Source: a virus
Lineage: Duplodnaviria; Caudoviricetes
DNA length: 56,058 bases
Virus record (IMG/VR): IMGVR_UViG_3300030102_004176
Coordinates: 1-56,058 of that record
Strand: one strand, 5' to 3'
The translations under genes and the position numbers were made by a program. Below are positions 10,442 to 20,095 of this stretch, piece after piece (position 1 is the stretch's first letter; the number at the start of each line of letters is the position of its first letter). The notes under the pieces were generated by a model. It was not told the DNA's origin and did no database searches. It saw only the letters and a list, made by a program, of their open reading frames with translations.

Positions 10442-11242
10442 ATGAACCAAGTCGCAACGAAAAAAGAAAACGCAGTACAATCTGTATCTGCTCTTGAAGA
10501 ATTTGCAGGACAAGGTGCTGAAAATATCACAGCTCGTGATACTAAGCTTCCTATTCTTAAAATTCTTTATTCTAACTCACCAGTGCTTGATGAAAGTGAT
10601 GGTAAATTTAACGAAAAAGCAAGACAAGGTGATATCTATAATGAAATCACAGGGTCCTTATATAAAGGTAAAGATGGAGTAATTGTTGTTCCGTGTTTAT
10701 ATATAAATACTTTCAATGAGTGGAAAGATAGGGGTGATTCTCCGGGACGTCCTATTGCCATACATACTGATCCATCTATTTTAAGACAAACGTCACGAGG
10801 TGATGATGGCAAAGATAGATTAGAAAATGGTAATTACATCGAAGACACAGGTAATCATTTTGTTTATATATTGAACAAAGATTATGAGCCTGTTGAAAGT
10901 GCTTTAATTACTATGAAATCTACGCAAAAGAAAAAATCTAAACTATGGAATTCTATGATTCAATCAAGAAGAATGAAAGGTAAAAATGGTTTTTTCTGTC
11001 CACCTTCTTGGGCAACAGCTTACAAACTAACTACGACAAAAGAGTCTAATTCACAAAACTCTTGGTATGGTTGGGTATGTGAGTTTGATAAAATTATAGC
11101 TGACTATGAAAAAACTTTACAAGTTACAAAAGATTTTTACGAAGGCGCTAAGTCATCTGAAATCTTTGGTAAAGTTGATTTCGGTCAAGAAAATGCTATG
11201 AACGAAACAAAGCCTAAAGAAAGTGGAGACGTACCCTTCTAA
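10442..11242 (+). CDS. single-stranded DNA-binding protein (putative)
   Basis: 266 aa ending in the acidic-aromatic tail ESGDVPF, directly upstream of the primase. Confidence 0.7.
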   Translation: MNQVATKKENAVQSVSALEEFAGQGAENITARDTKLPILKILYSNSPVLDESDGKFNEKARQGDIYNEITGSLYKGKDGVIVVPCLYINTFNEWKDRGDSPGRPIAIHTDPSILRQTSRGDDGKDRLENGNYIEDTGNHFVYILNKDYEPVESALITMKSTQKKKSKLWNSMIQSRRMKGKNGFFCPPSWATAYKLTTTKESNSQNSWYGWVCEFDKIIADYEKTLQVTKDFYEGAKSSEIFGKVDFGQENAMNETKPKESGDVPF

Positions 11243-12822
11243 TGGAAGAAAAACTATTTTCACTTTTTAAAGGTGACAACACTCGTTATCTCAAGTCCTC
11301 TCTTACGGGAGAGGACGATGAGAGGGGCAAGAAGTCTGCTGAATATATCACGATACACGAACCAGTGACCAGCGCCATATGGAAACAACACCTTGAAGGC
11401 AAGCTCAGAGTTGGATTAAAACCTGAGATTGATGGTCAATGTAAGTGGGGTTGTATTGATGTAGATCCAAATAATTATAAAGATTATTCAGAAAAAAAGT
11501 ATGTAGAAATTATTAAAAAATATAAATTACCTTTCGTGCCAGTAAAATCAAAGTCTGGTGGACTACACATATTTGTATTTTTTAGTGATTTCGCTGAAGT
11601 TGATAAGGTAGTAAAAAAACTTGGTGAAATAAATCAACAATATTTTTTGGCTCAAGAAATATTTCCGTGTAATAAAGCAGTAAATATGCCTTATCATAAT
11701 GTAAATGCATCAATGGAATTTGCTTTTGACGATAATAATACACCAGTTATGGTTGGTAGATTTATTGAACTGGCTATGGAAAAAATGTTAGCTCCGCAGG
11801 ACTTTTATGGTTTGAAGGTCAGGGAATATGAAGCTGAGTCACAATGGAGCAGCTATCCACCCTGTGTGCAAAAACTAATACAAGAGGGTTGGAGTGGGTC
11901 TAACCGCAATAATTTTTTGTTTAATGTTTTAGTATTGGAATCCAAAAAAGATTCATCTTTATCAGTACAACAGCTTGAACAAATAGCTATTGCTCGAAAT
12001 ACACAAATATTTGCAAAGCCTTTACCCACGTCTGAAGTAATAGCGCTAGCAAAGTCTGTGTCAAAAGGTGGTTACCAGTTTCAATGTCCACCAAAACATC
12101 CTGAATATCAGCCCATTTGCAATAAAGATTTATGTAAAACAAGAAGTTTAGGAATCGGTGAAGCAGTACCAGAAATTATTGATCAGTTTGAAAATATAAA
12201 ATATATACAAGATACAAAAAGCATTTGGTATGAGTTTGATTACAAAGGTCAACATATATCTGTAACACCGGAGGATATGAAAGACGAAAAATCTTTTAGG
12301 GTTAAGCTACTAAGACATAGGGTTTATTGGCTAACTTTACCCAAACCTAGAAAAGGTCCTAGTCCTTTTGAACTTTTAATGAAAGGCATCGTAGATCAAG
12401 CTGAAGAAAGTCAAGAACATGTCTACGCAGACACACTTGAAGAAGAACGCTATTCTTTACTAAAGGATTTCTTTGAATCACATATAGAACAAGACAAGTT
12501 TGACAAACTTAAAGATGGCTATGTGGTATTAGATAGTAAGTCAAATGTGTGCTATTTTAAAAGACTAACATTAGATAAATTTATAAAAAAGAATGCTACA
12601 AAAGTATTTAACACGACAGCTGATGCTCTTAGATTGCTTGGTTGTAAAAGAAAAGATTACCACGAAGGCGAGAAAAATGTATGGAATGTAGAGATGCCAG
12701 AGTTTGTAAACCACCAGGCTTTGAAACCAAAAACAAAAGAAACAGAAAGTGAAATGGATGATAGCTATCACGACAAATTCAGACCTGCACAAGCACAAGC
12801 TGATACACAAAAAGACAATTAA
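11242..12822 (+). CDS. primase-polymerase (AEP superfamily) with PriCT-like domain
   Basis: WGCIDVD and KSKSGGLHIF catalytic motifs; PPCVQ..GSNRNNFLF helical domain. Confidence 0.85.
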   Translation: MEEKLFSLFKGDNTRYLKSSLTGEDDERGKKSAEYITIHEPVTSAIWKQHLEGKLRVGLKPEIDGQCKWGCIDVDPNNYKDYSEKKYVEIIKKYKLPFVPVKSKSGGLHIFVFFSDFAEVDKVVKKLGEINQQYFLAQEIFPCNKAVNMPYHNVNASMEFAFDDNNTPVMVGRFIELAMEKMLAPQDFYGLKVREYEAESQWSSYPPCVQKLIQEGWSGSNRNNFLFNVLVLESKKDSSLSVQQLEQIAIARNTQIFAKPLPTSEVIALAKSVSKGGYQFQCPPKHPEYQPICNKDLCKTRSLGIGEAVPEIIDQFENIKYIQDTKSIWYEFDYKGQHISVTPEDMKDEKSFRVKLLRHRVYWLTLPKPRKGPSPFELLMKGIVDQAEESQEHVYADTLEEERYSLLKDFFESHIEQDKFDKLKDGYVVLDSKSNVCYFKRLTLDKFIKKNATKVFNTTADALRLLGCKRKDYHEGEKNVWNVEMPEFVNHQALKPKTKETESEMDDSYHDKFRPAQAQADTQKDN

Positions 12823-14380
12823 AATATTCGGACCACCTGGTACAGGTAAAACTTATACTCTTATTGAACGTGTTTTAAAAAAACATCTTGCCAAGGGGGT
12901 TCATCCTAAAGACATAGCCTTCATATCTTTTACAAACAAAGCCGTAAATACAGCACGGGATAGGGCTTTAGCAACTTTTACAGAATATACAGAAGATGAC
13001 TTTCAAAGATTTAAAACACTACATAAATATTGTAGGCGTTATTTTGAGGAAGAGGTTTTTGATCCAAAGAATTGTATGCTTGATTATGCACTACAAGCTA
13101 AAATAATAAAATCTTCAGATGGTCGTTTATCAGATGATAATTTTACATATAAAGATTGGTCTCTTGGTATCTATGACAAAGCAAGAAATATGATGACGGA
13201 TCCACGTTTAATTTATAAGAAAGAATCTTATAAAAGAGATAGTCTTGATATATTTTTAAGAAAAATTAACACGTATGAAAATTACAAAAAAGACAGCTTT
13301 ATAGATTTTACAGATATGATTGAAAGATCAATTGATGAAGTTGACTTTCCTCCACTAGAGATATTAATTTTAGATGAAGCTCAAGACTTTACACCTTTAC
13401 AGTGGTCAGTAATATATAAAATGTGTTCAAAAGTAAAAAGAATTTATTTAGCTGGTGATGATGATCAGGGTATTTATAAATGGAATGGAGCTGACCCTAA
13501 ATATTTCACCACTTATTTTCCAGGACGCAAAGTCATATTAAGAAAGACTAGAAGGTTTGGTGAAGCCATACATCATTTCTCACAAATAATAAGACGTGGT
13601 ATATTAGATAGTGTTGAGAAGGATTATGAAGCTTTGCAAAAAGATGGAGCTGTAAAAAGATATCTAAATTTCAATGAAGTTCCAATAGGTAAATTGCCTG
13701 GCACTTGGTACATACTTGGTAGAGTAAACACAACTGTTAACGAACTTAGAATGTGTGCTAAAGATGCAGGCTTATACTATGGTGATAATAGGGGCAACAG
13801 ATCATTTGACATCAAACAGTGGGCGGCTATTAAAGCCTGGACAAAAATTTCTAAAAATAAAAAGATAAACAAGAAAGAAGCTGAGCTTATGTATAAGTAT
13901 ATTAGGGAGCTGCAAGACTTAAGTTTTAGAAGAGATAAGTTTTGGCATAATTTACCTGATTATCAAGAGTATGATTTCAAAGGTTTAAAAGATTGGTGTG
14001 GTTTAGATTTACCAGATGAATCAAAAGATAAACCTTGGTGGGAAATATTACAACGTAATTTTAAACCTGAGCAAATAACTTATTTTATTAGGTTGTTAAA
14101 AAGATACGGAGCTAGGCAACTTAACGCAGAACCTCAAATAATAATAGATACAATACATTCTGTAAAAGGTGGTGAAGCTGATAATGTGTTAATATATTCA
14201 AAAACTAATTGGCCTTCTGCATTTAGAAATAAGAATATATCTGAAAAATCAGACGAAAAAAGGGTATATTATACAGGGGTTACAAGAGCAAAAAACACTT
14301 TACATATTTTATCCACAGACTATAAATATAACTATCCTATTGGTTCAGATTATTTTGTGTATTTGCAGGAGAAAAAATGA
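12758..14380 (+). CDS. UvrD/Rep-like SF1 helicase
   Basis: GPPGTGKT, FTNKA, LDEAQD, GDDDQGIY, TIHSVKGGEAD, YTGVTRAK. Confidence 0.92.
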   Translation: MIAITTNSDLHKHKLIHKKTIKIFGPPGTGKTYTLIERVLKKHLAKGVHPKDIAFISFTNKAVNTARDRALATFTEYTEDDFQRFKTLHKYCRRYFEEEVFDPKNCMLDYALQAKIIKSSDGRLSDDNFTYKDWSLGIYDKARNMMTDPRLIYKKESYKRDSLDIFLRKINTYENYKKDSFIDFTDMIERSIDEVDFPPLEILILDEAQDFTPLQWSVIYKMCSKVKRIYLAGDDDQGIYKWNGADPKYFTTYFPGRKVILRKTRRFGEAIHHFSQIIRRGILDSVEKDYEALQKDGAVKRYLNFNEVPIGKLPGTWYILGRVNTTVNELRMCAKDAGLYYGDNRGNRSFDIKQWAAIKAWTKISKNKKINKKEAELMYKYIRELQDLSFRRDKFWHNLPDYQEYDFKGLKDWCGLDLPDESKDKPWWEILQRNFKPEQITYFIRLLKRYGARQLNAEPQIIIDTIHSVKGGEADNVLIYSKTNWPSAFRNKNISEKSDEKRVYYTGVTRAKNTLHILSTDYKYNYPIGSDYFVYLQEKK

Positions 14381-14577
14381 GTATATGGGAAAAAGGTGGT
14401 AAGCATTATAAAAGTTTTAAAATACAACCTTCAAAATTTATCAATGAAAACAAGTTACTATTTGCAGAAGGCAACGTAATAAAGTATGTTTGTAGGCATA
14501 GAAATAAAAACGGCAAAGAAGATATACAAAAAGCAATTCATTATTTAGAAATGATCATTGAAAGAGACTATGACTAG
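14377..14577 (+). CDS. DUF3310-type small phage protein
   Basis: GGKHY...QP...EGNVIKYVCR..KNG.EDIQKAIHYLE signature. Confidence 0.8.
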   Translation: MSIWEKGGKHYKSFKIQPSKFINENKLLFAEGNVIKYVCRHRNKNGKEDIQKAIHYLEMIIERDYD

Positions 14578-16441
14578 TTTACAACTAACATTTAATTTTA
14601 AAAAACACATATGGTCAGCTCCTAGTGATTACAGAGATTTATCTGATGCAAAAGAAATTGCCATAGATTTAGAAACTAGAGATGATGGTATAACAAAAGG
14701 TATTGGAGCAGGTTGGGCTACAGGTGCTGGTGAGATAATAGGTTTTGCTGTAGCAACTGAGGGTTGGCAAGGATATTACCCTTTTGGTCATTTTGGTGGT
14801 GGTAACTTAATTAAAGAACAAGTTATGCGGTATATGCATGATGTATGTAGTCTACCTTGCACCAAAATTTTTCATAATGCTCAATATGATGTAGGTTGGT
14901 TACAAGCATATGGTATCGATGTCAAGGGTGAGATAATAGATACTATGGTAGCTGGCGCCCTAATAGACGAGAATAGATATACTTATAAATTGAATGCGCT
15001 AGCCAAAGATTACATTGGAGAATTAAAAGCTGAAACTGACTTGATTGAAGCGGCTAAGGCGCATGGTGTTGACCCTAAGATGGAAATGTGGAAGCTGCCC
15101 GCTGAACATGTAGGATATTATGCGGAACAAGATGCACGGCTCACGTACCTTCTGTGGCAACGATTTAAACATGAGATAAGACAACAGAATCTTGAAACTA
15201 TTTGGGAGTTAGAAAAAAATTTGTTACCTATATTAATTCGAATGCGTAAGCAAGGTATAAGAGTAAACGTTGAGAAAGCTGAACAATTACAGGTAGATTT
15301 TAGTAAAAAAGAAAAAGCACTATTAAGTAATATAAAAAAACTAGTTGGCAAAGATGTAGACATTTGGGCAGCCAGACAAATAGGATTTGCATTTGATAAG
15401 TTAGGTATAGACTATCCAAAAACACCAAAAACAGGTGAGCCTAGCTTTACACAGAATTGGCTGATGAATTCAAAACAAGAAATATCTAAACTAATTGTAG
15501 AGGCTCGTGAGATAAATAAATTTCACAATACATTTTTAAATTCAATTATGAAATACGAACACAAAGGTCGTATTCACGGAGAAATAAACCAACTGCGTTC
15601 AGATTCAGGTGGCACTGTATCAGGAAGACTAAGTATGTCTAATCCTAATTTACAACAGCTGCCTGCAAGGAATAAGGATTTCGGTCCTTTAATCAGAGGC
15701 CTTTTTCTCCCTGAGGAAGGCCATAAGTGGGGTTCTTTTGATTATTCTCAACAAGAGCCTCGCTTAGTTGTACACTATGCTGCAAGTATTGGTGAGGGTT
15801 ACGAAGGCAGTCAAGAGTTAGTTGAAGCGTACACTAACGCTGACGCAGACTTTCATCAAACTGTCGCTGATCTTGTTGGCATAGATCGTAAACAAGCTAA
15901 AACAATTGGACTTGGTCTTATGTATGGTATGGGCAAAAACAAACTGGCAAATATGTTAGGTGTATCTTTCGATGAGGCTAAAGAATTAATAAACAAATAT
16001 AATAAAAGAGCTCCTTTTGTTAAAATGTTATCTGATAGATGTATGCAAAAAGCAAATTCAGAAGGTGTAATTAGGACTAAGTTAGGTCGTAAATGTCGTT
16101 TTGAAATGTGGGAACCGAAAGATTTTGGTGTTCATACACCCGAGCGGTTTGAGAATGCTTCAGCTAAATATGGATCTAGCAATATTAAAAGAGCTTTTAC
16201 ATATAAGGCGTTAAACAGATTAATACAAGGTTCAGCTGCTGACCAAACTAAACAAGCAGTGGTTGAATGTCATAAAAATGGTTTTACTCCCATTTTGCAA
16301 ATACACGATGAATTGTGTTTTAATTTGATTAATGATGAGGATGTAAATAAAATAAAGAGAGTGATGGAGGGTTGCGTGAAACTAAAAGTTCCAAGTGTAG
16401 TTGACGTAGCGATAGGAAAAGACTTCGGTGAAGCTTCCTAA
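14570..16441 (+). CDS. polA: family A DNA polymerase with 3'-5' exonuclease
   Basis: IDLET, FHNAQYD, YAEQDA (exonuclease); SGRLS..PNLQQ, DYSQQEPR, KTIGLGLMYG, QIHDEL (polymerase motifs A-C). Confidence 0.95.
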   Translation: MTSLQLTFNFKKHIWSAPSDYRDLSDAKEIAIDLETRDDGITKGIGAGWATGAGEIIGFAVATEGWQGYYPFGHFGGGNLIKEQVMRYMHDVCSLPCTKIFHNAQYDVGWLQAYGIDVKGEIIDTMVAGALIDENRYTYKLNALAKDYIGELKAETDLIEAAKAHGVDPKMEMWKLPAEHVGYYAEQDARLTYLLWQRFKHEIRQQNLETIWELEKNLLPILIRMRKQGIRVNVEKAEQLQVDFSKKEKALLSNIKKLVGKDVDIWAARQIGFAFDKLGIDYPKTPKTGEPSFTQNWLMNSKQEISKLIVEAREINKFHNTFLNSIMKYEHKGRIHGEINQLRSDSGGTVSGRLSMSNPNLQQLPARNKDFGPLIRGLFLPEEGHKWGSFDYSQQEPRLVVHYAASIGEGYEGSQELVEAYTNADADFHQTVADLVGIDRKQAKTIGLGLMYGMGKNKLANMLGVSFDEAKELINKYNKRAPFVKMLSDRCMQKANSEGVIRTKLGRKCRFEMWEPKDFGVHTPERFENASAKYGSSNIKRAFTYKALNRLIQGSAADQTKQAVVECHKNGFTPILQIHDELCFNLINDEDVNKIKRVMEGCVKLKVPSVVDVAIGKDFGEAS

Positions 16442-16605
16442 TAATTTATTTTAGCATTAGCTATGTCTTTCTGGATAATTTTTTCTTTTATAAGATCAAT
16501 TTTTCCTTCCAGATCCTTCATATCAACAGAATATACACCTTTAGTCAGATACATATGATTCCATTGATTTTCTAACGCCATCTTTTCTGCAATAAGTGCA
16601 TTCAT
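16438..16605 (-). CDS. small hypothetical protein, 55 aa (not in ORF track)
   Basis: MNALIAEKMALENQWNHMYLTKGVYSVDMKDLEGKIDLIKEKIIQKDIANAKINY; RBS AGGAGA and an upstream TTGACA. Confidence 0.7.
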   Translation of the reverse strand: MNALIAEKMALENQWNHMYLTKGVYSVDMKDLEGKIDLIKEKIIQKDIANAKINY

Positions 16606-16623
16606 TACGTTTCTCCTACTAAC

Positions 16624-16686
16624 ATAATATAATTTTTTGATATTTTGTCAATATTTCTTGACCTGCCCCACATTATCCTATATATT
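16624..16686. promoter_or_regulatory. divergent sigma70-like promoter pair
   Basis: Leftward TTGACA(16651-16646)-16-TATTAT; rightward TTGACC(16658)-17-TATATT(16681-16686). Confidence 0.55.
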
Positions 16687-16692
16687 TAGGAT

Positions 16693-16947
16693 ATGAAAAC
16701 ATTTATTAAATCAAAAAGAACAATAAGTTTTTTACAACAAATAGAAAAGGCTCTACGACAAGTTGAAGCCACTGATTTTAGGGGCAATCCTTATGATGAT
16801 GGTGATGTCGCTGAGCATGTGAAAGATTTTAAAAAAATTGTATATCAATGTCCTGACACAGGTGTAGAACATCAAGTATTTGGCACAGATTTAGCAGCAG
16901 CTATGATAAAATCAGAAAACTTGGCTAAATGTGGGCAAGATGACTAA
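16693..16947 (+). CDS. hypothetical protein
   Basis: 84 aa ORF directly after the promoter, overlapping the next gene. Confidence 0.65.
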   Translation: MKTFIKSKRTISFLQQIEKALRQVEATDFRGNPYDDGDVAEHVKDFKKIVYQCPDTGVEHQVFGTDLAAAMIKSENLAKCGQDD

Positions 16948-17785
16948 CCCTTTTTTGTTAGAAACTCCTGGTGTCATAAACTTTTCCGGAGGCAGAACGT
17001 CTGGCTTTATGTTGCGAAAAATACTAGATGCTTTCGATGATAAGCTACCAAAAGATTTACCCGTTTGTTTTGCTAACACCGGTAAAGAGATGCCACAAAC
17101 TTTAGATTTTGTGCACGAGTGCTCTACAAAATGGAGTGTTCCTATTGTGTGGATGGAGTGGGATGATCAATCAGAAAACCATTTAAAAATTGTTGATTAT
17201 GAAACAGCATCAAGAAAAGGTGAACCTTATGAAAAATTAATAGACAGTAAAAGATTTTTACCTAACCCTGTTACAAGATATTGTACGTCTTATTTAAAAA
17301 TTAAAACTATGCGGGCATATTGTATGTTTCATTTAGGTTTTGAACATTGGATGTCTTATGTGGGTCTTAGATATGATGAGCCACATAGGGTAGCTAGACT
17401 GTCCAATCGTAATAAAAAAGAAAGATGGGAAACAGAAGCACCTTTACATAATGCAAAAATTACAGTGCAAAATGTTTTTGATTTCTGGAAAGATAATGAT
17501 TTTGATTTACGTTTACCAAATATTGGTGGTAAAACACCACAAGGTAATTGTGATTTGTGTTTTTTAAAAGGTGCAAACACAATAAAAAATATAATGAAAT
17601 CAGACCCAAAATTAGCTGATTGGTGGATATCTCAAGAAAGTAAAAAGATGGGCACGGGAAATGATCGTGCTGCATACTTTCGTAAGGACAGACCAAGCTA
17701 CGCTAAATTACTACAAAACACTGAAAATCAACTTGAATTATTTGAGTTTGATCAAGCAACCGATACATGTTTTTGTCACGATTAG
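16940..17785 (+). CDS. PAPS/APS reductase-family (PP-loop) protein
   Basis: FSGGRTSG PP-loop, FANTGKE, RYCTSYLKI, GLRYDE..R, GNCDLCFLKG, C-terminal CFC. Confidence 0.85.
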   Translation: MTNPFLLETPGVINFSGGRTSGFMLRKILDAFDDKLPKDLPVCFANTGKEMPQTLDFVHECSTKWSVPIVWMEWDDQSENHLKIVDYETASRKGEPYEKLIDSKRFLPNPVTRYCTSYLKIKTMRAYCMFHLGFEHWMSYVGLRYDEPHRVARLSNRNKKERWETEAPLHNAKITVQNVFDFWKDNDFDLRLPNIGGKTPQGNCDLCFLKGANTIKNIMKSDPKLADWWISQESKKMGTGNDRAAYFRKDRPSYAKLLQNTENQLELFEFDQATDTCFCHD

Positions 17786-17797
17786 AAAGGAGAAATT

Positions 17798-17992
17798 ATG
17801 GACATAAATAAATGGAAATCTGTAGCAGTGCGATCTGAAAATTATGCATTACTAAAAGGTTTATGCAAAAAAAAATATAGAACACCAGGCGCATTTATTG
17901 AAAAACTAATTTACGATTACATTAGTTTTCAAGCTAAAAAAGAAAAACTACCGGAGGAAAAATATAAAGAACTTTTATTGGAGGAAAAATGA
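17798..17992 (+). CDS. small ribbon-helix-helix-like DNA-binding protein (putative)
   Basis: RBS GAAAGGAG. KWKSVAV strand followed by two amphipathic helices. Confidence 0.6.
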   Translation: MDINKWKSVAVRSENYALLKGLCKKKYRTPGAFIEKLIYDYISFQAKKEKLPEEKYKELLLEEK

Positions 17993-18240
17993 AAAAAAAT
18001 TTAAGATGGTGGCCATTCCTTGCATACAGAGATAACAAGAGATATGGCACTGGATATTTAGACACGTCGATTGCTCACGAGGATTATAAGAGAGGTATAC
18101 ATATTTCTTTACCACAAGACCTTGAGCTTATAATGGATAGTGAGTTCGAGTATAATGGTAAGAAGATGAAAGCTTTAACTGTTCATAGATGTCCGCATTG
18201 GGAAGAATCTCTTTATGTCTTTGCTAGAGAAATAGAATGA
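17989..18240 (+). CDS. hypothetical protein
   Basis: RBS GGAGG, ATGA coupling. Confidence 0.7.
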   Translation: MKKNLRWWPFLAYRDNKRYGTGYLDTSIAHEDYKRGIHISLPQDLELIMDSEFEYNGKKMKALTVHRCPHWEESLYVFAREIE

Positions 18241-18443
18241 AGTGGATTTTAATACTATTTCTATATGGTGGTGAGGAAGTCGTATATGGTGAACTTGAAA
18301 ACTGTAATATAAACAAAATTTGGGAAAAAGTTGAGATGTTTAAGCAAGAGAATGACATAGATGTTCAAGGTTGGGGTTGTTACGATGAAAAAACATTTAT
18401 CATACGAGAGAAAGCCAAAGAAAGTTTAGGCATTGATGTTTGA
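18237..18443 (+). CDS. hypothetical protein with hydrophobic N-terminus
   Basis: ATGA coupling; starts MKWILILFLYGG. Confidence 0.65.
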   Translation: MKWILILFLYGGEEVVYGELENCNINKIWEKVEMFKQENDIDVQGWGCYDEKTFIIREKAKESLGIDV

Positions 18444-18678
18444 TTGGTTTATCGTGACACTGTGGTTCGAATTAAATGACAAACTATATATGAAACATTA
18501 CCCTAATCATTTGATTAGTGATTGTAAAAATGCGGTAGTAGAACTTATTGATGTTTATGAGAAAGAATATCCATTACGAAAATTTCGTGCTGCAAAATGC
18601 AATAAACCCACTGATTGGGTAAGAAAGTATAAAAATAATGGTTGGGATAATTTTTTGTTTTATAAGGAGGAAAAATGA
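18436..18678 (+). CDS. hypothetical protein
   Basis: ORF in a tightly packed operon. Confidence 0.6.
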   Translation: MFDWFIVTLWFELNDKLYMKHYPNHLISDCKNAVVELIDVYEKEYPLRKFRAAKCNKPTDWVRKYKNNGWDNFLFYKEEK

Positions 18679-18851
18679 CTAAACGAAAATATATAATATG
18701 TGAAGAATGTAAAGGTAACGGATATATTCGCACTGATCATAATAAACCTATGTCAGCTGAAAACACACATATTTGTCCTGCGTGTCAAGGTGAAGGTGCA
18801 GTTGGAGATTGCAGAATAGACTATAATGACGAAGTTCAATACTGGTGTTAA
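18675..18851 (+). CDS. DnaJ-type zinc-finger microprotein, 58 aa (not in ORF track)
   Basis: RBS AAGGAGG. Two CxxCxGxG repeats: CEECKGNG and CPACQGEG. Confidence 0.8.
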   Translation: MTKRKYIICEECKGNGYIRTDHNKPMSAENTHICPACQGEGAVGDCRIDYNDEVQYWC

Positions 18852-18879
18852 TATTAATAAAAAAGAAAGGCAAAAAAAA

Positions 18880-19173
18880 ATGAAAAACAAAAAAACACAA
18901 ATGAAAGCAGAAGAAATGCACGAAATATATTTAGAGTTTGGAAAAAAATTTGCTGATATGTCAAAAAAATATAACGCTGAAGCACTATTAAAAGGGGGCG
19001 CCTTTGCTGCATTAGAGGGATTAATAGAATGTGCTCCTTCAAAACAAACAGCACTTGATAGTATTTTTGCTATGCTCGAATTAATAATAAATAAAAATGC
19101 AAAATCAGATGAAGAAAAAGTATTTAAAGTAGAAAGAGAAAAAATCCATGAATTAAGTAAAGAGGTTCATTAA
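18880..19173 (+). CDS. hypothetical protein, similar to 22466-22702
   Basis: RBS GAAAGG before ATG 18880; ECAP motif. Confidence 0.7.
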   Translation: MKNKKTQMKAEEMHEIYLEFGKKFADMSKKYNAEALLKGGAFAALEGLIECAPSKQTALDSIFAMLELIINKNAKSDEEKVFKVEREKIHELSKEVH

Positions 19174-19301
19174 TGAATGAAAAAGAACTGTTATTAAAAT
19201 GTATACAAAGACCCAACTACGCAAGTGAGCGTTTACAAAGTCATTATGGTTATACGATGAAGCAGTTACAACAAATTAAAAATCGTGCCGCGCTACTATA
19301 A
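19173..19301 (+). CDS. possible 42-aa hypothetical protein
   Basis: TAATG coupling; fills the gap before the HNH gene (MNEKELLLKCIQRPNY...). Confidence 0.45.
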   Translation: MNEKELLLKCIQRPNYASERLQSHYGYTMKQLQQIKNRAALL

Positions 19302-19614
19302 ATCAGCTAATACCTTTACAAGTATATCTGAAGAAGAATTATTTGTAGAAGATTCGCAGTACAGAAATAGACACCGATTAAAAATAAGAGTTATTAAATC
19401 AGGTAAAGTCCCTTACCAATGTTTTAACTGCGGAAATACCGGTCTTTGGCAGGGAAAAAAATTAACACTTGTTTTAGACCATAAAAATGGTGTAAAACTA
19501 GATCATAGGCTCGAGAACCTTAGGTTCGTGTGCCCAAACTGCGATAGCCAGTTACCCACGTATAAAAGTAGAAATATCAAGTACCAAGAATCACGGAACA
19601 AGGGCCAGGAGTAA
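19285..19614 (+). CDS. HNH endonuclease with zinc finger
   Basis: CFNCG, LVLDHKNG, NLRFVCPNCD. Confidence 0.85.
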   Translation: MPRYYKSANTFTSISEEELFVEDSQYRNRHRLKIRVIKSGKVPYQCFNCGNTGLWQGKKLTLVLDHKNGVKLDHRLENLRFVCPNCDSQLPTYKSRNIKYQESRNKGQE

Positions 19615-19632
19615 CCTTAAATAGGAGACTTT

Positions 19633-19860
19633 GTGAGTGATTTAAACAAAACTGATGAAATTATGTCAATTTTAAGTAAAAATTTGACAAAAAAAGATTT
19701 TAAAAAAGTAATGGATTTCATTTATGGTGCATCTATGGGTATGGACTTTAACTATTCCAACGCCTTGTATCAAAAATTATTGAATCAATATTATGAAACA
19801 ACAGATCAGAAAGAAAATGTGGTAAAACTAAATCTTGTTAAGGGTGGTAAAAATGATTGA
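19633..19860 (+). CDS. hypothetical protein
   Basis: RBS AGGAGA with GTG start. Confidence 0.7.
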   Translation: MSDLNKTDEIMSILSKNLTKKDFKKVMDFIYGASMGMDFNYSNALYQKLLNQYYETTDQKENVVKLNLVKGGKND

Positions 19861-20095
19861 AAAAGGATACGATAAAAAAATGGACAAAAAAATTGATTGG
19901 CAAGAGTTGATTGGTGGTGATAATGACACAATCATAGATCCCTCGACAATGGATCCTATTGATCGTATGCATTTCATTGATGGTATCCTTAATGAGTATC
20001 TCTCTTTTTCTAAATCATCAGATCCTCAGCTAACACAATTTACAGAAAAGTATTACACAGTTCTTACAGAATTAATACAGGTTTACGGGCACTAA
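19853..20095 (+). CDS. hypothetical protein
   Basis: Coupled ORF; start codon uncertain. Confidence 0.6.
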   Translation: MIEKGYDKKMDKKIDWQELIGGDNDTIIDPSTMDPIDRMHFIDGILNEYLSFSKSSDPQLTQFTEKYYTVLTELIQVYGH

